From Squalus acanthias (taxonomy: Eukaryota), in the NCBI GenBank assembly GCA_030390025.1, contig CM059431.1, forward strand, positions 136,278,001-136,342,000: 64,000 nt of DNA, written 5' to 3'. The position numbers and the translations under genes are program-made. Positions within the stretch are counted from its first letter, which is position 1, and every line of letters begins with the position of its first letter. Positions 48,501 through 62,600 of this stretch are shown here, piece by piece. Below the pieces are notes generated by a model. It was given only the letters and a program-made list of their open reading frames with translations. It was not told the origin of the DNA and searched no databases.

Positions 48501-51500
48501 GGTCTGTGATGATTCTACACCTGTAGCGGTCTGTGATGATTCTACTCCTGTAGTGGTCTGTGAAGATTCTACTCCTGTAGTGGTCTGTGATGATTCTATT
48601 CCTGTAGTGGTCTGTGATGATTCTACTCCTGTAGTGGTCTGTGATGATTCTACACCTGTAGTGGTCTGTGATGATTCTTCTACTGTAGTGGTCTGTGATG
48701 ATTCTACACCTGTAGTGGTCTGTGATGATTCTACTCCTGTAGTGGTCTGTGATGATTCTACTCCTGTAGTGGTCTGTGATGATTCTACACCTGTAGTGGT
48801 CTGTGATGATCCTACTCCTGTAGTTGTCTGTGATGACTTTACTCCTGTAGTGGTCTGTGATGATTCTACTCCTGTAGTGGTCTGTGATGATTCTACTCCT
48901 GTAGTGGTCTGTGATGATCCTACTCCTGTAGTGGTCTGTGATGATCGTATTCCTGTAGTGGTCTGTGATGATTCTACTCCTGTAGTGGTCTGTGATGATC
49001 CTACTCCTGTAGTGGTCTGTGATGATTCTACTCCTGTAGTGGTCTGTGATGATTCTACACCTGTTGTGGTCTGTGTTGATCCTATGCCTGTAGTGGTCTG
49101 TGATGATTCTACTCCTCTAGTGGTCTGTGATGTTTCTACTCCTGTAGTGGACTGTGATGATTCTACTCCGGTAGTGGTCTGTGATGATTCTACACCTGTA
49201 GTGGTCTGTGATCATCCTACTCCTGTAGTGGTCTCTGATGATTCTACTCCTGTAGTGGTCTGTGATGATTCTACTCCTGTAGTGGTCTGTGATGATTCTA
49301 CTCCTGTAGTATTCTGTGATGATCCTACTCCTGTAGTGGTCTGTGATGATTCTACTCCTGTAGTGGTCTGTGATGATTCTACTCCTGTAGTGGTCTGTGA
49401 TGATTCTATTCCTGTAGTGGTCTGTGATGATTCTACACCAGTAGTGGTCTGTGATGATTCTACTCCTGTAGTGGTCTGTGATGATTCTGCACCTGTAGTG
49501 GTCTGTGATGATTCTACTCCTGTAGTTGTCTTTGATGATCCTATTCCTGTAGTGGTCTGTGCTGATTCTACTCCTGTTGTGGTCTGTGTTGATCCTATGC
49601 CTGTAGTGGCCTGTGATGATTATACTCCTGTAGTGGTCTGTGATTATTCTACTCCTGTAGTGGTGTGTGATGATTCTACTTCTGTAGTGGGCTGTGATGA
49701 TTCTACTGCTGTATTGGTCTGTGATGATTCTACTCCTGTAGAGGTTTGTGATGATTCTACTCCTGTAGTGGTCTGTGGTGATCCCACTTCTGTAGTGGTC
49801 TGTGATGATTCTACTCCTGTAGTGGTCTGTGATGATTCTACACCTGTAGTGGTCTGTGATGATCCTACTCCTGTAGTTGTCTGTGATGACTTTACTCCTG
49901 TAGTGGTCTGTGATGATTCTACTCCTGTAGTGGTCTGTGATGATTCTACTCCTGTAGTGGTCTGTTATGATCCTACTCCTGTAGTGGTCTGTGATGATCC
50001 TACTCCTGTAGTGGTCTGTGATGATCGTACTCCTGTAGTGGTCTGTGATGATTCTACTCCTGTAGTTGTCTGTGATGATCCTGCTACTGTAGTGGTCTGT
50101 GATGATTCTACTCCTGTAGTGGTCTGTGATTATTCTGCTCCTGTTGTGGTCTGTGATGATTCTACTCCTGTAGTGGTGTGTGATGATTCTACTCCTGTAG
50201 TGGTCTGTGATGATTCTACTCCTGTAGTTGTCTTTGATGATCCTATTCCTGTAGTGGTCTGTGATGATTCAACTCCTGTTGTGGTCTGTTTTGATCCTAT
50301 GCCTGTAGTGGTCTGTGATGATTCTACTCCTGTAGTGGTCTGTGATGTTTCCTACTCCTGTAGTGGACTGTGATGATTCTACTCCGGTAGTGGTCTGTGA
50401 TGATTCTACACCTGTAGTGGTCTGTGATCATCCTACTCCTGTAGTGGTCTCTGATGATTCTACTCCTGTAGTGGTCTGTGATTATTCAACTCCTGTAGTG
50501 GTCTGTGATGATTCTACTCCTGTAGTGGTCTGTGATGATTCTATTCCTGTAGTGGTCTGTGATGATTCTACTCCTGTAGTGGTCTGTGATGATTCTACTC
50601 CTGTAGTGGTGTGTGATGATTCTATTCCTGTAGTGGTCTGTGATGATTCTACTCCTGTAGTGGTCTGTGATGATTCTACACCTGTAGTGGTCTTTGATGA
50701 TTCTACTACTGTAGTGGTCTGTGATGATCCTACACCTGCAGTGGTCTGTGATGATTCTACTCCTGTAGTGGTCTGTGATGATTCTACTCCTGTAGTGGTC
50801 TGTGATGATTCTACACCTGTAGTGGTCTGTGATGATTCTACTCCTGTAGTGGTCTGTGGTGATCCCACTTCTGTAGTGGTCTGTGATCATTCTACTCCTG
50901 TAGTGGTCTGTGATGATTCTACACCTGTAGTGGTCCGTGATGATTCTACTCCTGTAGTTGTCTTTGATGATCCTATTCCTGTAGTGGTCTGTGCTGATTC
51001 TACTCCTGTTGTGGTCTGTGTTGATCCTATGCCTGTAGTGGTCTGTGATGATTCTACTCCTGTAGTGGTCTGTGATGTTTCTACTCCTGTAGTGGTCTGT
51101 GATGATTCTACACCTGTAGTGGTCTGTGATGATCCTACTCCTGTAGTTGTCTGTGATGACTTTACTCCTGTAGTGGTCTGTGATGATTCTACTCCTGTAG
51201 TGGTCTGTGATGATTCTACTCCTGTAGTGGTCTGTGATGATCCTACTCCTGTAGTGGTCTGTGATGATCCTACTCCTGTAGTGGTCTGTGATGATCGTAC
51301 TCCTGTAGTGGTCTGTGATGATTCTACTCCTGTAGTGGTCTGTGATGATCCTACTACTGTAGTGGTCTGTGATGATTCTACTCCTGTAGTGGTCTGTGAT
51401 TATTCTGCTCCTGTTGTGGTCTGTGATGATTCTACTCCTGTAGTGGTGTGTGATGATTCTACTCCTGTAGTGGTCTGTGATGATTCTACTCCTGTAGTTG

Positions 51501-54500
51501 TCTTTGATGATCCTATTCCTGTAGTGGTCTGTGATGATTCAACTCCTGTTGTGGTCTGTTTTGATCCTATGCCTGTAGTGGTCTGTGATGATTCTACTCC
51601 TGTAGTGGTCTGTGATGTTTCTACTCCTGTAGTGGACTGTGATGATTCTACTCCGGTAGTGGTCTGTGATGATTCTACACCTGTAGTGGTCTGTGATCAT
51701 CCTACTCCTGTAGTGGTCTCTGATGATTCTACTCCTGTAGTGGTCTGTGATTATTCAACTCCTGTAGTGGTCTGTGATGATTCTACTCCTGTAGTGGTCT
51801 GTGATGATTCTATTCCTGTAGTGGTCTGTGATGATTCTACTCCTGTAGTGGTCTGTGATGATTCTACACCTGTAGTGGTCTGTGATGATTCTACTCCTGT
51901 AGTGGTCTGTGGTGATCCCACTTCTGTAGTGGTCTGTGATCATTCTACTCCTGTAGTGGTCTGTGATGATTCTACACCTGTAGTGGTCCGTGATGATTCT
52001 ACTCCTGTAGTTGTCTTTGATGATCCTATTCCTGTAGTGGTCTGTGCTGATTCTACTCCTGTTGTGGTCTGTGTTGATCCTATGCCTGTAGTGGTCTGTG
52101 ATGATTCTACTCCTGTAGTGGTCTGTGATGTTTCTACTCCTGTAGTGGTCTGTGATGATTCTACACCTGTAGTGGTCTGTGATGATCCTACTCCTGTAGT
52201 TGTCTGTGATGACTTTACTCCTGTAGTGGTCTGTGATGATTCTACTCCTGTAGTGGTCTGTGATGATTCTACTCCTGTAGTGGTCTGTGATGATCCTACT
52301 CCTGTAGTGGTCTGTGATGATCCTACTCCTGTAGTGGTCTGTGATGATCGTACTCCTGTAGTGGTCTGTGATGATTCTACTCCTGTAGTGGTCTGTGATG
52401 ATCCTACTACTGTAGTGGTCTGTGATGATTCTACTCCTGTAGTGGTCTGTGATTATTCTGCTCCTGTTGTGGTCTGTGATGATTCTACTCCTGTAGTGGT
52501 GTGTGATGATTCTACTCCTGTAGTGGTCTGTGATGATTCTACTCCTGTAGTTGTCTTTGATGATCCTATTCCTGTAGTGGTCTGTGATGATTCAACTCCT
52601 GTTGTGGTCTGTTTTGATCCTATGCCTGTAGTGGTCTGTGATGATTCTACTCCTGTAGTGGTCTGTGATGTTTCTACTCCTGTAGTGGACTGTGATGATT
52701 CTACTCCGGTAGTGGTCTGTGATGATTCTACACCTGTAGTGGTCTGTGATCATCCTACTCCTGTAGTGGTCTCTGATGATTCTACTCCTGTAGTGGTCTG
52801 TGATGATTCTACTCCTGTAGTGGTCTGTGATGATTCTATTCCTGTAGTGGTCTGTGATGATTCTACTCCTGTAGTGGTCTGTGATGATTCTACTCCTGTA
52901 GTGGTGTGTGATGATTCTATTCCTGTAGTGGTCTGTGATGATTCTACTCCTGTAGTGGTCTGTGATGATTCTACACCTGTAGTGGTCTGTGATGATTCTA
53001 CTCCTGTAGTGGTCTGTGATGATTCTACTCCTGTAGTGGTCTGTGATGATTCTACACCTGTAGTGGTCTGTGATGATTCTACTCCTGTAGTGGTCTGTGG
53101 TGATCCCACTTCTGTAGTGGTCTGTTATCATTCTACTCCTGTAGTGGTCTGTGATGATTCTACACCTGTAGTGGTCTGTGATGATTCTACTCCTGTAGTT
53201 GTCTTTGATGATCCTATTCCTGTAGTGGTCTGTGCTGATTCTACTCCTGTTGTGGTCTGTGTTGATCCTATGCCTGTAGTGGTCTGTGATGATTCTACTC
53301 CTGTAGTGGTCTGTGATGATTCTACACCTGTAGTGGTCTGTGATGATCCTACTCCTGTAGTTGTCTGTGATGACTTTACTCCTGTAGTGGTCTGTGATGA
53401 TTCTACTCCTGTAGTGGTCTGTGATGATTCTACTCCTGTAGTGGTCTGTTATGATCCTACTCCTGTAGTGGTCTGTGATGATCCTACTCCTGTAGTGGTC
53501 TGTGATGATCGTACTCCTGTAGTGGTCTGTGATGATTCTACTCCTGTAGTGGTCTGTGATGATCCTACTACTGTAGTGGTCTGTGATGATTCTACTCCTG
53601 TAGTGGTCTGTGATTATTCTGCTCCTGTTGTGGTCTGTGATGATTCTACTCCTGTAGTGGTGTGTGATGATTCTACTCCTGTAGTGGTCTGTGATGATTC
53701 TACTCCTGTAGTTGTCATTGATGATCCTATTCCTGTAGTGGTCTGTGATGATTCAACTCCTGTTGTGGTCTGTTTTGATCCTATGCCTGTAGTGGTCTGT
53801 GATGATTCTACTCCTGTAGTGGTCTGTGATGTTTCTACTCCTGTAGTGGACTGTGATGATTCTACTCCGGTAGTGGTCTGTGATGATTCTACACCTGTAG
53901 TGGTCTGTGATCATCCTACTCCTGTAGTGGTCTCTGATGATTCTACTCCTGTAGTGGTCTGTGATTATTCAACTCCTGTAGTGGTCTGTGATGATTCTAC
54001 TCCTGTAGTGGTCTGTGATGATTCTATTCCTGTAGTGGTCTGTGATGATTCTACTCCTGTAGTGGTCTGTGATGATTCTACTCCTGTAGTGGTGTGTGAT
54101 GATTCTATTCCTGTAGTGGTCTGTGATGATTCTACTCCTGTAGTGGTCTGTGATGATTCTACACCTGTAGTGGTCTGTGATGATTCTACTACTGTAGTGG
54201 TCTGTGATGATCCTACACCTGCAGTGGTCTGTGATGATTCTACTCCTGTAGTGGTCTGTGATGATTCTACTCCTGTAGTGGTCTGTGATGATTCTACACC
54301 TGTAGTGGTCTGTGATGATTCTACTCCTGTAGTGGTCTGTGGTGATCCCACTTCTGTAGTGGTCTGTGATCATTCTACTCCTGTAGTGGTCTGTGATGAT
54401 TCTACACCTGTAGTGGTCTGTGATGATTCTACTCCTGTAGTTGTCTTTGATGATCCTATTCCTGTAGTGGTCTGTGCTGATTCTACTCCTGTTGTGGTCT

Positions 54501-56338
54501 GTGTTGATCCTATGCCTGTAGTGGTCTTTGATGATTCTACTCCTGTAGTGGTCTGTGATGTTTCTACTCCTGTAGTGGACTGTGATGATTCTACTCCGGC
54601 AGTGGTCTGTGATGATTCTACACCTGTAGTGATCTGTGATGATCCTACTCCTGTAGTGGTCTCTGATGATTCTACTCCTGTAGTGGTCTGTGATGATTCT
54701 ACTCCTGTAGTGGTCTGTGATGATTCTACTCCTGTTGTATTCTGTGATGATCCTACTCCTGTAGTGGTCTGTGATGATTCTACTCCTGTAGTGGTCTGTG
54801 ATGATTCTACTCCTGTAGTGGTCTGTGATGATTCTATTCCTGTAGTGGTCTGTGATGATTCATCTCCTGTAGTGGTCTGTGATGATTCTACACCTGTAGT
54901 GGTCTGTGATGATTCTACTACTGTCGTGGTCTGTGATGATTCTACTCCTGTAGTGGTCTGTGATGATTCTACTCCTGTAGTGGTCTGTGATGATTCTACT
55001 CCTGTAGTGGTCTGTGATGATTCTACACCTTTAGTGGTCTGTGATGATCCTACTCCTGTAGTTGTCTGTGATGACTTTACTCCTGTAGTGGTCTGTGATG
55101 ATTCTACTCCTGTAGTGGTCTGTGATGATTCTACTCCTGTAGTGGTCTGTGATGATCCTACTCCTGTAGTGGTCTGTGATGATTCTACTCCTGTAGTGGT
55201 CTGTGATGATCCTACTCCTGTAGTGGTCTGTGATGATTCTACTCCTGTAGTGGTCTGTGATGATCCTACTCCTGTAGTGGTCTGTGATGATCCTACTCCT
55301 ATAGTTGTCTGTGATGACTTTACTCCTGTAGTTGTCTGTGATGATTCTACTCCTGTAGTGGTCTGTGATGATTCTACTCCTGTAGTGGTCTGTGATGATT
55401 CTACTCCTGTAGTGGTCTGTGATGATCCTACACCTGTAGTGGTCTGTGATGATCGTACTCCTGCAGTGGTCTGTGATGATTCTACTCCTGTAGTGGTCTG
55501 TGATGATCCTACTCCTGTAGTGGTCTGTGATGATTCTACTCCTGTAGTGGTCTGTGATTATTCTGCTCCTGTTGTGGTCTGTGATGATTCTACTCCTGTA
55601 GTGGTATGTGATGATTCTACTCCTGTAGTGGTCTGTGATGATTCTACTCCTGTAGTTGTCTTTGATGATCCTATTCCTGTAGTGGTCTGTGATGATTCTA
55701 CTCCTGTTGTGGTCTGTGTTGATCCTATGCCTGTAGTGGTCTGTGATGATTCTACTCCTGTAGTGGTCTGTGATTATTCTACTCCTGTAGTGGTCTGTGA
55801 TGATTCTATTCCTGTAGTGGTCTGTGATGATCGTACTCCTGTAGTGGTCTGTGATGATTCTACTCCTGTAGTGGTCTGTGATTATTCTGCTCCTGTTGTG
55901 GTCTGTGATGATTCTACTCCTGTAGTGGTCTGTTATGATCCTACTCCTGTAGTGGTCTGTGATGATCCTACTCCTGTAGTGGTCTGTGATGATCGTACTC
56001 CTGTAGTGGTCTGTGATGATTCTACTCCTGTAGTGGTGTGTGATGATTCTACTCCTGTAGTGGTCTGTGATGATTCTACTGCTGTATTGGTCTGAGATGA
56101 TTCTACACCTGTCGTGGTCTGTGATGATTCTACTCCAGTACTGGTCTTTGATGATCCTATTCCTGTAGTGGTCTGTGATGATTCTACTCCTGTCGTGGTC
56201 TGTGATGATCCTATGCCTGTCGTGGTCTGTGATGATTCTACTCCTGTCGTGGTCTGTGATGATTCTACTCCTGTAGTGGTCTGTGATGATTCTACTGAAG
56301 TGGTCTGTGATGATCCTACTCCTGTAGTGGTCTGTGAT
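45587..56338 (+). repeat. Satellite B block 3 with nested higher-order repeats
   Basis: 27-mers. Marker GTTTTGATCC at 47831, 50288, 51558, 52611 and 53772. Confidence 0.98.
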
Positions 56339-59300
56339 TGGCCAGTGCTGGGACTACTGTCCTGGCGAATCGAATAACTAGGGCTGTGGAGATGGCTTTA
56401 AACTAATTAGTGGGGGGGAGGTTTCAAGAGAGCAAAAAATAAAAATGACAACAGAGAGGGTCATAGACATAGGTAGCAGTAGGGGAATCAGAAATCAGAG
56501 CGTGGCAGGAAGGGACAGAGTGTGTGGAGTAAAAGTTAAAGTGGTAAAAAGTGAAAAAGCAGGAACTAAGTGCCACAAAGCATATTTGAAAGTTCTCTAT
56601 CTGAATGCAAGTAGCATTCTTAACAAAATAGACGAGTTAATGGCACAAATAACTACATATGGTTATGATATTGTGGCCATTACAGAAACATGGCTGCAGG
56701 GTGACAATGCCTGGGAATTAAACATACCAGTTTATTTAACGATCAGGAAGGACAGGCAGGAAGGAAGGGGAGGTGGGGTGGCTGTGTTAATAAAGGAAGG
56801 AATCACTGTAATACAGAGTAATGATATTGGGTCAAAAAATCATGATAATGAAACAGTTTGGGTGGAGATAAGGAATAATAAGGGGAAAAAAGCACTAGTG
56901 GGCGTAGTCTATAGGCCTCCGAACAGTTGCAACTCTGTTGGACGGAGTATCAATCAGGAAATAGTTGAGGCATGTAATAAGGGAACATCTATAATTATGG
57001 GGGATTTTAACTATCATATTAATTGGACAAATCAAATGGGGCAGGGCTGCCTTGAGGATGAGTTCATTGAGTGTATTAGGGATGGGTTTCTTGAGCAGTT
57101 TGTAACTGAACCGACCAGGGGGCAAGCAACCTTAGATCTGGTCCTGTGTAACGAGACAGGATTAATTAAAAATGTCCTAGTAAAGGATCCCCTTGGAATG
57201 AGTGACCATAACATGGTTGAATTCCATATTCAATTAGAGGGTGAGAAGGTTGGATCTCAAACAAGTGTGCTAAGCTTGAATAAAGGAGACAATGAAGGTA
57301 TGTGAGCGGAATTGAGTAGAGTGGGTTGGGAAAATAGATTAAAGGGTAAGACGACACATGATCAGTGGTGTACATTCAAGGAGTTATTTTACAACTTCCA
57401 AAAAAAATATATTCCACTGAAAAGAAAAGGGTGTAAAAGAAAGGACAGTCATCCGTGGCGAAGTAAAGAAATTAAGGATAGTATTCGACTAAAAACAAGG
57501 GCATATAAGGTAGCGAAATCTAGTGGGAGGACAGAGGATTGGGAAAACTTTAAAAGGCAGCAAAAAATAACAAAAAGATTGATTAAGAAGGGGAAGATAG
57601 ATTATGAAAGTAAATTAGCAAAAAATATAAAAACAGATAGTAAGAGTTTTTATAGTTATATAAAAAGAAAAAGGGTGGCTAAAGTAAATGTTGGTCCCTT
57701 AGAGGATGAGACAGGGAAATTAATGGTGGGAAATATGGAGATGGCAAAAACACTGAATGAATATTTTGTTTCAGTCTTTACAGTAGAGGACACTAAGAAT
57801 ATCCCAACACTGGACAAACAGGGGGCTATAGGGGGAGAGAAGCTAAACACGATCAAAATCACTAAGGAAGTGGTACTCGGTAAAATAATGGGACTCAAGG
57901 CGGATAAATCACCTGGACCTGATGGCTTACATCCTAGAGTCTTGAAGGAAGTGGCGGTAGGTATTGTAGATGCATTGGTAATAATTTTTCAAAACTCCCT
58001 GGATTCCGCTAAGGTCCCGGCAGACTGGAAAACTGCTAATGTAACACCCTTATTTAAAAAGGGCAGTAGACAGAAGGCTGGTAACTATAGACCGGTTAGC
58101 ATAACATCTGTGGTAGGTAAAATTTTGGAGTCCATTATTAAGGAAACAGTAACAGGACATTTGGATAATCATAATTTAATAGGACAAAGTCAGCATGGTT
58201 TTACGAAGGGGAAGTCATGTTTGACAAATTTGCTGGAGTTCTTTGAGGAAGTAACATATAGAGTGGATAAAGGGGAACCAGTGGACGTAGTGTATTTAGA
58301 CTTCCAAAAGGCATTTGACAAGGTGCCACACAAAAGATTATTGCTTAAGGTAAAAAATCACGGGATTGGGGGTAATATTCTGGCATGGATAGAGGATTGG
58401 CTATCTAACAGAAAGCAAAGAGTTGGGATAAATGGTTCATTCTCAGACTGGCAATCAGTAACTAGTGGTGTTCCACAGGGGTCAGTGCTGAGTCCCCAAC
58501 TCTTTACAACCTATATTAACGATTTGGAGGAAGGGACCAAGTGTAACATATCAAAATTTGCAGATGATACAAAGATGGGAGGGAAAGTAGTGAGTGAGGA
58601 GGACATAAAAAACCTGCAAGGGGACATAGACAGGCTAAGTAAGTGGGCAGAGATTTGGCAGATGGAATACAACACTGGAAAGTGTGAGGTGATTCACTTT
58701 GGCAGGAAAAATCCTAGAGCAATTTATTATCTAAATGGCAAGAAACTGGAGAGTACTGAAGTGCAAAGGGATCTGGGGGTCCTGGTGCACGAAACTCAAA
58801 AGGTTAGTATGCAGGTGCAGCAAGTGATTAAGAAGGCAAATGGAATGTTGGCTTTCATTGCTAGGGGGATAGAATATAAAAATAGGGAGGTATTGCTTCA
58901 GTTGTACAAGGCATTGGTGAGACCGCACCTGGAATACTGCATACAGTTTTGGTGTCCTTACTTCAGGAAAGACATCCTTGTTCTCGAGGCAGTGCAAAAA
59001 AGGTTCACTCGGTTAATCCCGGGGATGAGGGGGTGGTCATATGAGGAGAGGTTGGGTAGATTGGGACTCTACTCATTGGAGTTCAGAAGAATGAGAGGCG
59101 ATCTTATTGAAACATATAAGATTGTGAAGGGGTTGGATCGGGAGGATGCGGGGAGGATGTTCCCGATGACGGGTGAGAATAGAACTAGGGGACATATTCT
59201 TAGAATAAGGGGCTGCTCTTTCAAAACTGAGGTGAGGAGGAACTACTTCACTCAGAGGGTGGTAGGGCCATGGAATATGCTGCCACAAAAAGCTGTAGAA

Positions 59301-59633
59301 GCTACATCATTAAATAAATTTAAAACAGAAATAGACAGTTTCCTAGAAGTAAAGGGCATTAAGGGTTACGGGGAGCGGGCAGGAATTTGGACATGAGTCT
59401 AGGTTCGGATCAGTCATGGCCCTGTGGGTAGTGGAGCGGGCCCAGGGACCGTGTAGCCTGATTCTGCTCCGATTTCGTGTGTGCAATTCTGTTAGATGCA
59501 GGAGATGGTTCTGTGATAGATAGTAGATTGGCGGTTAGGATCAGATCAGCCATGATCTTATTGAATGGCGGAGCAGGCTCGAGGGGCCGATTGGCCTACT
59601 CCTGCTCCTATTTCTTATGTTCTTATGTTCTTA
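56339..59633 (+). mobile_element. Little-diverged CR1 LINE (subfamily B): ORF1 C-terminal remnant, near-complete ORF2, long 3'UTR
   Basis: Starts with ORF1 end ...GTTVLANRITRAVEMALN*. Near-identical to 26640-28737 over the shared part. (TTCTTATG)n tail. Confidence 0.97.
56445..59396 (+). pseudogene. CR1 ORF2 (APE endonuclease + reverse transcriptase) with a single in-frame stop
   Basis: ORFs 56445-57305 (EN: ITETWL, YRPP, MGDFN, SDHN) and 57312-59396 (RT) are in the same frame, separated by TGA at 57303-57305. Confidence 0.93.
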
Positions 59634-62600
59634 CTCCTGTAGTGGTCTGTGATGATTCGATTCCTGTAGTGGTCTGTGATGATTCTACTCCTGTAGTGGT
59701 CTGTGATGATTGTACTCCTGTAGTGGTCTGTGATGATTCTACTACTGTAGTGGTCTGTGATGATCCTACTCCTGTAGTGGTCTGTGATGATTCTACTCCT
59801 GTAGTGGTCTGTGATGACTCTACTCCTGTAGTGGTCTGTGATGATTCTACTCCAGTGGTGGTCTGTGATGATCCTATGACTGTAGTGGTCTGTGATGATT
59901 CTACTCCTGTAGTGGTCTGTGATGATTCTACTCCTGTAGTGGTCTGTGGTGATTCTACTCCTGTAGTGGTCTGTGATGATTCTACTCCTGTAGTGGTCTG
60001 TGATGATTCTACTGTAGTGGTCTGTGGTGATTCTACTCCTGTAGTGGTCTGTGATGATTCTACTCCTGTAGTGGTCTGTGATGATTCTACTCCTGTAGTG
60101 GTCTGTGATGATTCTACTCCTCTAGTGGTCTGTGATGATTCTACTCCTGTCGTGGTCTGTGATGATTCTACTCCTGTAGTGGTCTGTGATGATTCTACTC
60201 CTGTAGTGGTCGGTGATGATTCTGTTCCTGTAGTGGGTTGTGATGATTCTACTCCTGTAGTGGTCTGTGATGATTCTACTCCTGTCGTGGTCTGTGATGA
60301 TTCTACTCCTGCAGTGGTCTGTGATGATTCTACCCCTGTAGTGTCGGTGATGATTCTACTACTGTAGTGGTCTGTGATGATTCTACTCCTGCAGTGGTCT
60401 GTGACGATTCTACTCCTGTAGTGGTCTGTGATGATTCTACTCCTGTAGTGGTCTGTGATGATTCTATTCCTGTAGTGGTCTGTCATGATTCTACTCCTGT
60501 AGTGGTCTGTGATGATCCTATTCCTGTCGTGGTCTGTGATGATTCTACTCCTGTAGTGGTCTCTGATGATTCTACTCCTGTTGTGGTCTGTGATGATCCT
60601 ACTCCTGTTGTGGTCTGTGATGTTTCTACTCCTGTAGTGGTCTGTGATGTTTCTACTCCTGTAGTGGTCTGTGATGATTCTACTCCTGTAGTGGTCTGTG
60701 ATGATTCTACTCCTGTAGTGGTCTGTGATGATCCTACTCCTGTAGTGGTCTGTGATGATTCTACTCCTGTAGTGGTCTGTGATGATTCTACTCCTGTAGT
60801 GGTCTGTGATGATCCTACTCCTGTAGTGGTCTGTGATGATTCTACTCCTGTAGTGGTCTGTGATGATCCTACTCCTGTAGTGGTCTGTGATGATTCTACT
60901 CCTGTAGTGGTCTGTGATGATTCTACTCCTGTAGTGATCTGTGATGATTCTACTCCTGTAGTGGTCTGTGATGATTCTACTCCTGTAGTGGTCTGTGATG
61001 ATCCTACTCCTGTAGTGGTCTGTGATGATTCTACTCCTGTAGTGGTCTGTGATGATTCTACTCCTGTAGTGGTCTGTGATGATCCTACTCCTGTAGTGGT
61101 CTGTGATGATTCTACTCCTGTAGTGGTCTGTGATGATCCTACTCCTGTAGTGGTCTGTGATGATTCTACTCCTGTAGTGGTCTGTGATGATCTACTCCTG
61201 TAGTGGTCTGTGATGATCCTACTCCTGTAGTGGTCTGTGATGATTCTACTCCTGTAGTGGTCTGTGATGATTCTACTCCTGTAGTGGTCTGTGATGATTC
61301 TACTCCTGTAGTGGTCTGTGATGATCCTACTCCTGTAGTGGTCTGTGATGATTCTACTCCTGTAGTGGTCTGTGATGATTCTACTCCTGTAGTGGTCTGT
61401 GATGATTCTACTCCTGTAGTGGTCTGTGATGATCCTACTCCTGTAGTGGTCTGTGATGATTCTACTCCTGTAGTGGTCTGTGATGATTCTACTCCTGTAG
61501 TGGTCTGTGATGATTCTACTCCTGTAGTGGTCTGTGATGATTCTACTCCTGTAGTGGTCTGTGATGATTCTACTCCTGTAGTGGTCTGTGAGATTCTACT
61601 CCTGTAGTGGTCTGTGATGATTCTACTCCTGTAGTGGTCTGTGATGATTCTACTCCTGTAGTGGTCTGTGATGATTCTACTCCTGTAGTGGTCTGTGATG
61701 ATTCTACTCCTGTAGTGGTCTGTGATGATTCTACTCCTGTAGTGGTCTGTGATGATTCTACTCCTGTAGTGGTCTGTGATGATTCTACTCCTGTAGTGGT
61801 CTGTGATGATTCTACTCCTGTAGTGGTCTGTGATGATTCTACTCCTGTAGTGGTCTGTGATGATTCTACTCCTGTAGTGGTCTGTGATGATTCTACTCCT
61901 GTAGTGGTCTGTGATGATTCCTACTCCTGTAGTGGTCTGTGATGATTCTACTCCTGTAGTGGTCTGTGATGATTCTACTCCTGTAGTGGTCTGTGATGAT
62001 TCTACTCCTGTAGTGGTCTGTGATGATTCTACTCCTGTAGTGGTCTGTGATGATTCTACTCCTGTAGTGGTCTGTGATGATCTACTCCTGTAGTGGTCTG
62101 TGATGATTCTACTCCTGTAGTGGTCTGTGATGATCTACTCCTGTAGTGGTCTGTGATGATTCTACTCCTGTAGTGGTCTGTGATGATCTACTCCTGTAGT
62201 GGTCTGTGATGATCCTACTCCTGTAGTGGTCTGTGATGATTCTACTCCTGTAGTGGTCTGTGATGATTCTACTCCTGTAGTGGTCTGTGATGATTCTACT
62301 CCTGTAGTGGTCTGTGATGATCCTACTCCTGTAGTGGTCTGTGATGATTCTACTCCTGTAGTGGTCTGTGATGATTCTACTCCTGTAGTGGTCTGTGATG
62401 ATTCTACTCCTGTAGTGGTCTGTGATGATCTACTCCTGTAGTGGTCTGTGATGATTCTACTCCTGTAGTGGTCTGTGATGATTCTACTCCTGTAGTGGTC
62501 TGTGATGATTCTACTCCTGTAGTGGTCTGTGATGATTCTACTCCTGTAGTGGTCTGTGATGATTCTACTCCTGTAGTGGTCTGTGATGATTCTACTCCTG

